Origin: Cetorhinus maximus
Taxonomy: Eukaryota
Length of the DNA: 64,000 nt
Direction of reading: 5' to 3'
NCBI RefSeq assembly: GCF_964194155.1
Contig: NC_135901.1
Location: 23,126,001-23,190,000 of the forward strand
Made by a program: the position numbers and the translations under genes. Below are positions 62,561 to 64,000 of this stretch, one piece after another. Below the pieces are notes generated by a model that was given only the letters and a program-made list of their open reading frames with translations, was not told the DNA's origin and did not search any database. Every line of letters begins with the position of its first letter. Within the stretch, counting starts at the first letter, position 1.

Positions 62561-62679
62561 TAAACACATAATTGATGTAAACTTTATTGTCCTTACAGGT
62601 ATCTGGATGTAAATCTGATTTCAGACCTTCCTCTGAACAGTTTTCAAACTAACTCCAGCTCGTTGTCCATTCCTTCACT

Positions 62680-63130
62680 AAAGACCCGGATGGAAAACAC
62701 TCAGCACAAGTTGGCGGCGGCTGGTTGCCCGGGTAACCCGGGCCTGTCACCGGGGAGGAAGCCCCGTCCTCACTCCTCTCTTCCCACATCAAGATGGCCG
62801 CCTCTGCGCCTGGCTCCCTGAACAAGAGCCACCTTCCTCTCCCAAGATGGCGGCATCCGGTGAGCCCGGCTCCCAGTGCGCAGGTGCAGTGAGGGTGTGC
62901 GCTCTGAGCATGCTCAGTGTCAGTCATGGTGACAGAGTGAGGAGGAGCGGACGGTGAGGGAGGAGATTGTGAGCACAGGGTAGGAATGGAAACCGCGGCT
63001 GGACTGGGAACTGGATCAACTTCTGGGGTAGGCCCCAGGCCCTAGGCCCCGTGTTTACCCCGCGGTGACAGGCCCGGGGGGAGGGAGCGATGGAGCCGCC
63101 GGCTGGACGGGGAGGATTTGGAAACACTTT
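62680..63130. promoter_or_regulatory. CpG island between divergent ZNF-H and ZNF-I
   Basis: Two YY1-like caagatggc sites (~62790, ~62843); NRF1-like tgcgcaggtgca / gagcatgctc. Confidence 0.68.
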
Positions 63131-63142
63131 GTGGATCCGCAA

Positions 63143-63213
63143 AGCGGCTGCTCAGTTAGTGGTTAATGGAGATCAGAAACCCAGAGTCAGAGTGTCGAAC
63201 CCCACATTGGGTG
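63143..63213 (+). pseudogene. tRNA-Lys-like pseudogene
   Basis: cggctgctcagt...gtcgaaccccacattgggtg versus GCCCGGCTAGCTCAGT..TTCGAGCCCCACGTTGGGCG. Confidence 0.5.
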
Positions 63214-63689
63214 GTTGTTTTATTAAATATCGTTATTTATTATTTATTTACTGAAGAATATGTTCATATATTTGTTTTAAAGTCATTTTATAGCATTTGT
63301 GAAAAGACCTATTAAAATACAATCCCCTGATGTATTTCTGATGAGAATTTGACTGACGAGGTTTTGAAGAACAGTCAATCCTAACATGATTGTGTTTTAA
63401 TTTACTCCCTAATACCAGATTTCAGCTTGTATTTCAAAACTTAATTTAGAATGTCAGTCCAGCAGCAAATGGTAAAATGAGATATAAGACACCAGTTGCA
63501 CTTGAAACCATCTCTGACTTTTCGTGTCCGACACTGTCCTTGTGCTGATGCAGGAAGTACTTCCTCTGGTGTTGTGGCACAAATAAATGCAGCCTCTCCC
63601 GGGAACAGGCCCATGTTGGTGGTCTTCATGTTTCAGCGGCGAGCAGAGCACGTGTGGTCATTGTGGTAATGCAACACAGAGTGGGTGGG

Positions 63690-64000
63690 ACTTCAGGGGC
63701 CTGTGACCAGGAGAGAAAATTATTGACTCGTTGATTTTACTCTCACTCTGCACACAGGACAGAAAACTGAATTCAGCCAGTCTTGGGTGGGGGTGAGGGG
63801 AGCTTGGGGGGAAGCTCAGAGTGGAGACTTCAGATGGTGCAACAGGTTTGGATTCCAGCCTAGGGATGAGGGAGTGTGTGTGGGACAGGGATTTATAGCT
63901 CTGAGTAGATGAGAGGAAAAATGTTCCACAGAAACTAGAATTGTTTGTTCTGAATTAGTTTTGTAAATTCCTTTTCCAGGGTATTAGAAGAGGAGGATTT
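63690..64000 (+). other. Intron and acceptor of the next ZNF unit I (exon starts 63980)
   Basis: tgaccaggagagaaaat.. as at 41899 and 60015(-); ccttttccag|ggtattagaagaggaggattt. Confidence 0.8.

Overview
Vertebrate nuclear DNA, most likely from a shark (inferred from HER1-like CR1 LINEs, Deu-type tRNA SINEs and shark-type Penelope termini). The window is part of a tandem cluster of C2H2 zinc-finger (ZNF) genes with no recognisable KRAB, SCAN or BTB domain. It holds eight arrays (here A-H), two small relics and the start of a ninth unit (I). B and F have intact ORFs; the others carry stops, frameshifts or a lost start codon. The units share CpG-island promoters (CCAAT, Sp1, NRF1, YY1 motifs), a splice-acceptor/leader module, a 5' leader made of fossil zinc fingers with shared TGA codons, and a ~50-nt 3'UTR motif. 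Spacers contain decayed tRNA genes (Ser x2, Val x2, Pro, Glu, Lys) and dense retroelements: CR1, L2, RTE (one with a twin-priming-type inversion), Penelope termini with minimal hammerhead ribozyme motifs, a Copia-like LTR element and a SINE/LINE pair with a shared tail. There is a 200-N gap at 18034-18233. Everything was read by eye; repeat boundaries are approximate and family names are from recall, not database searches.
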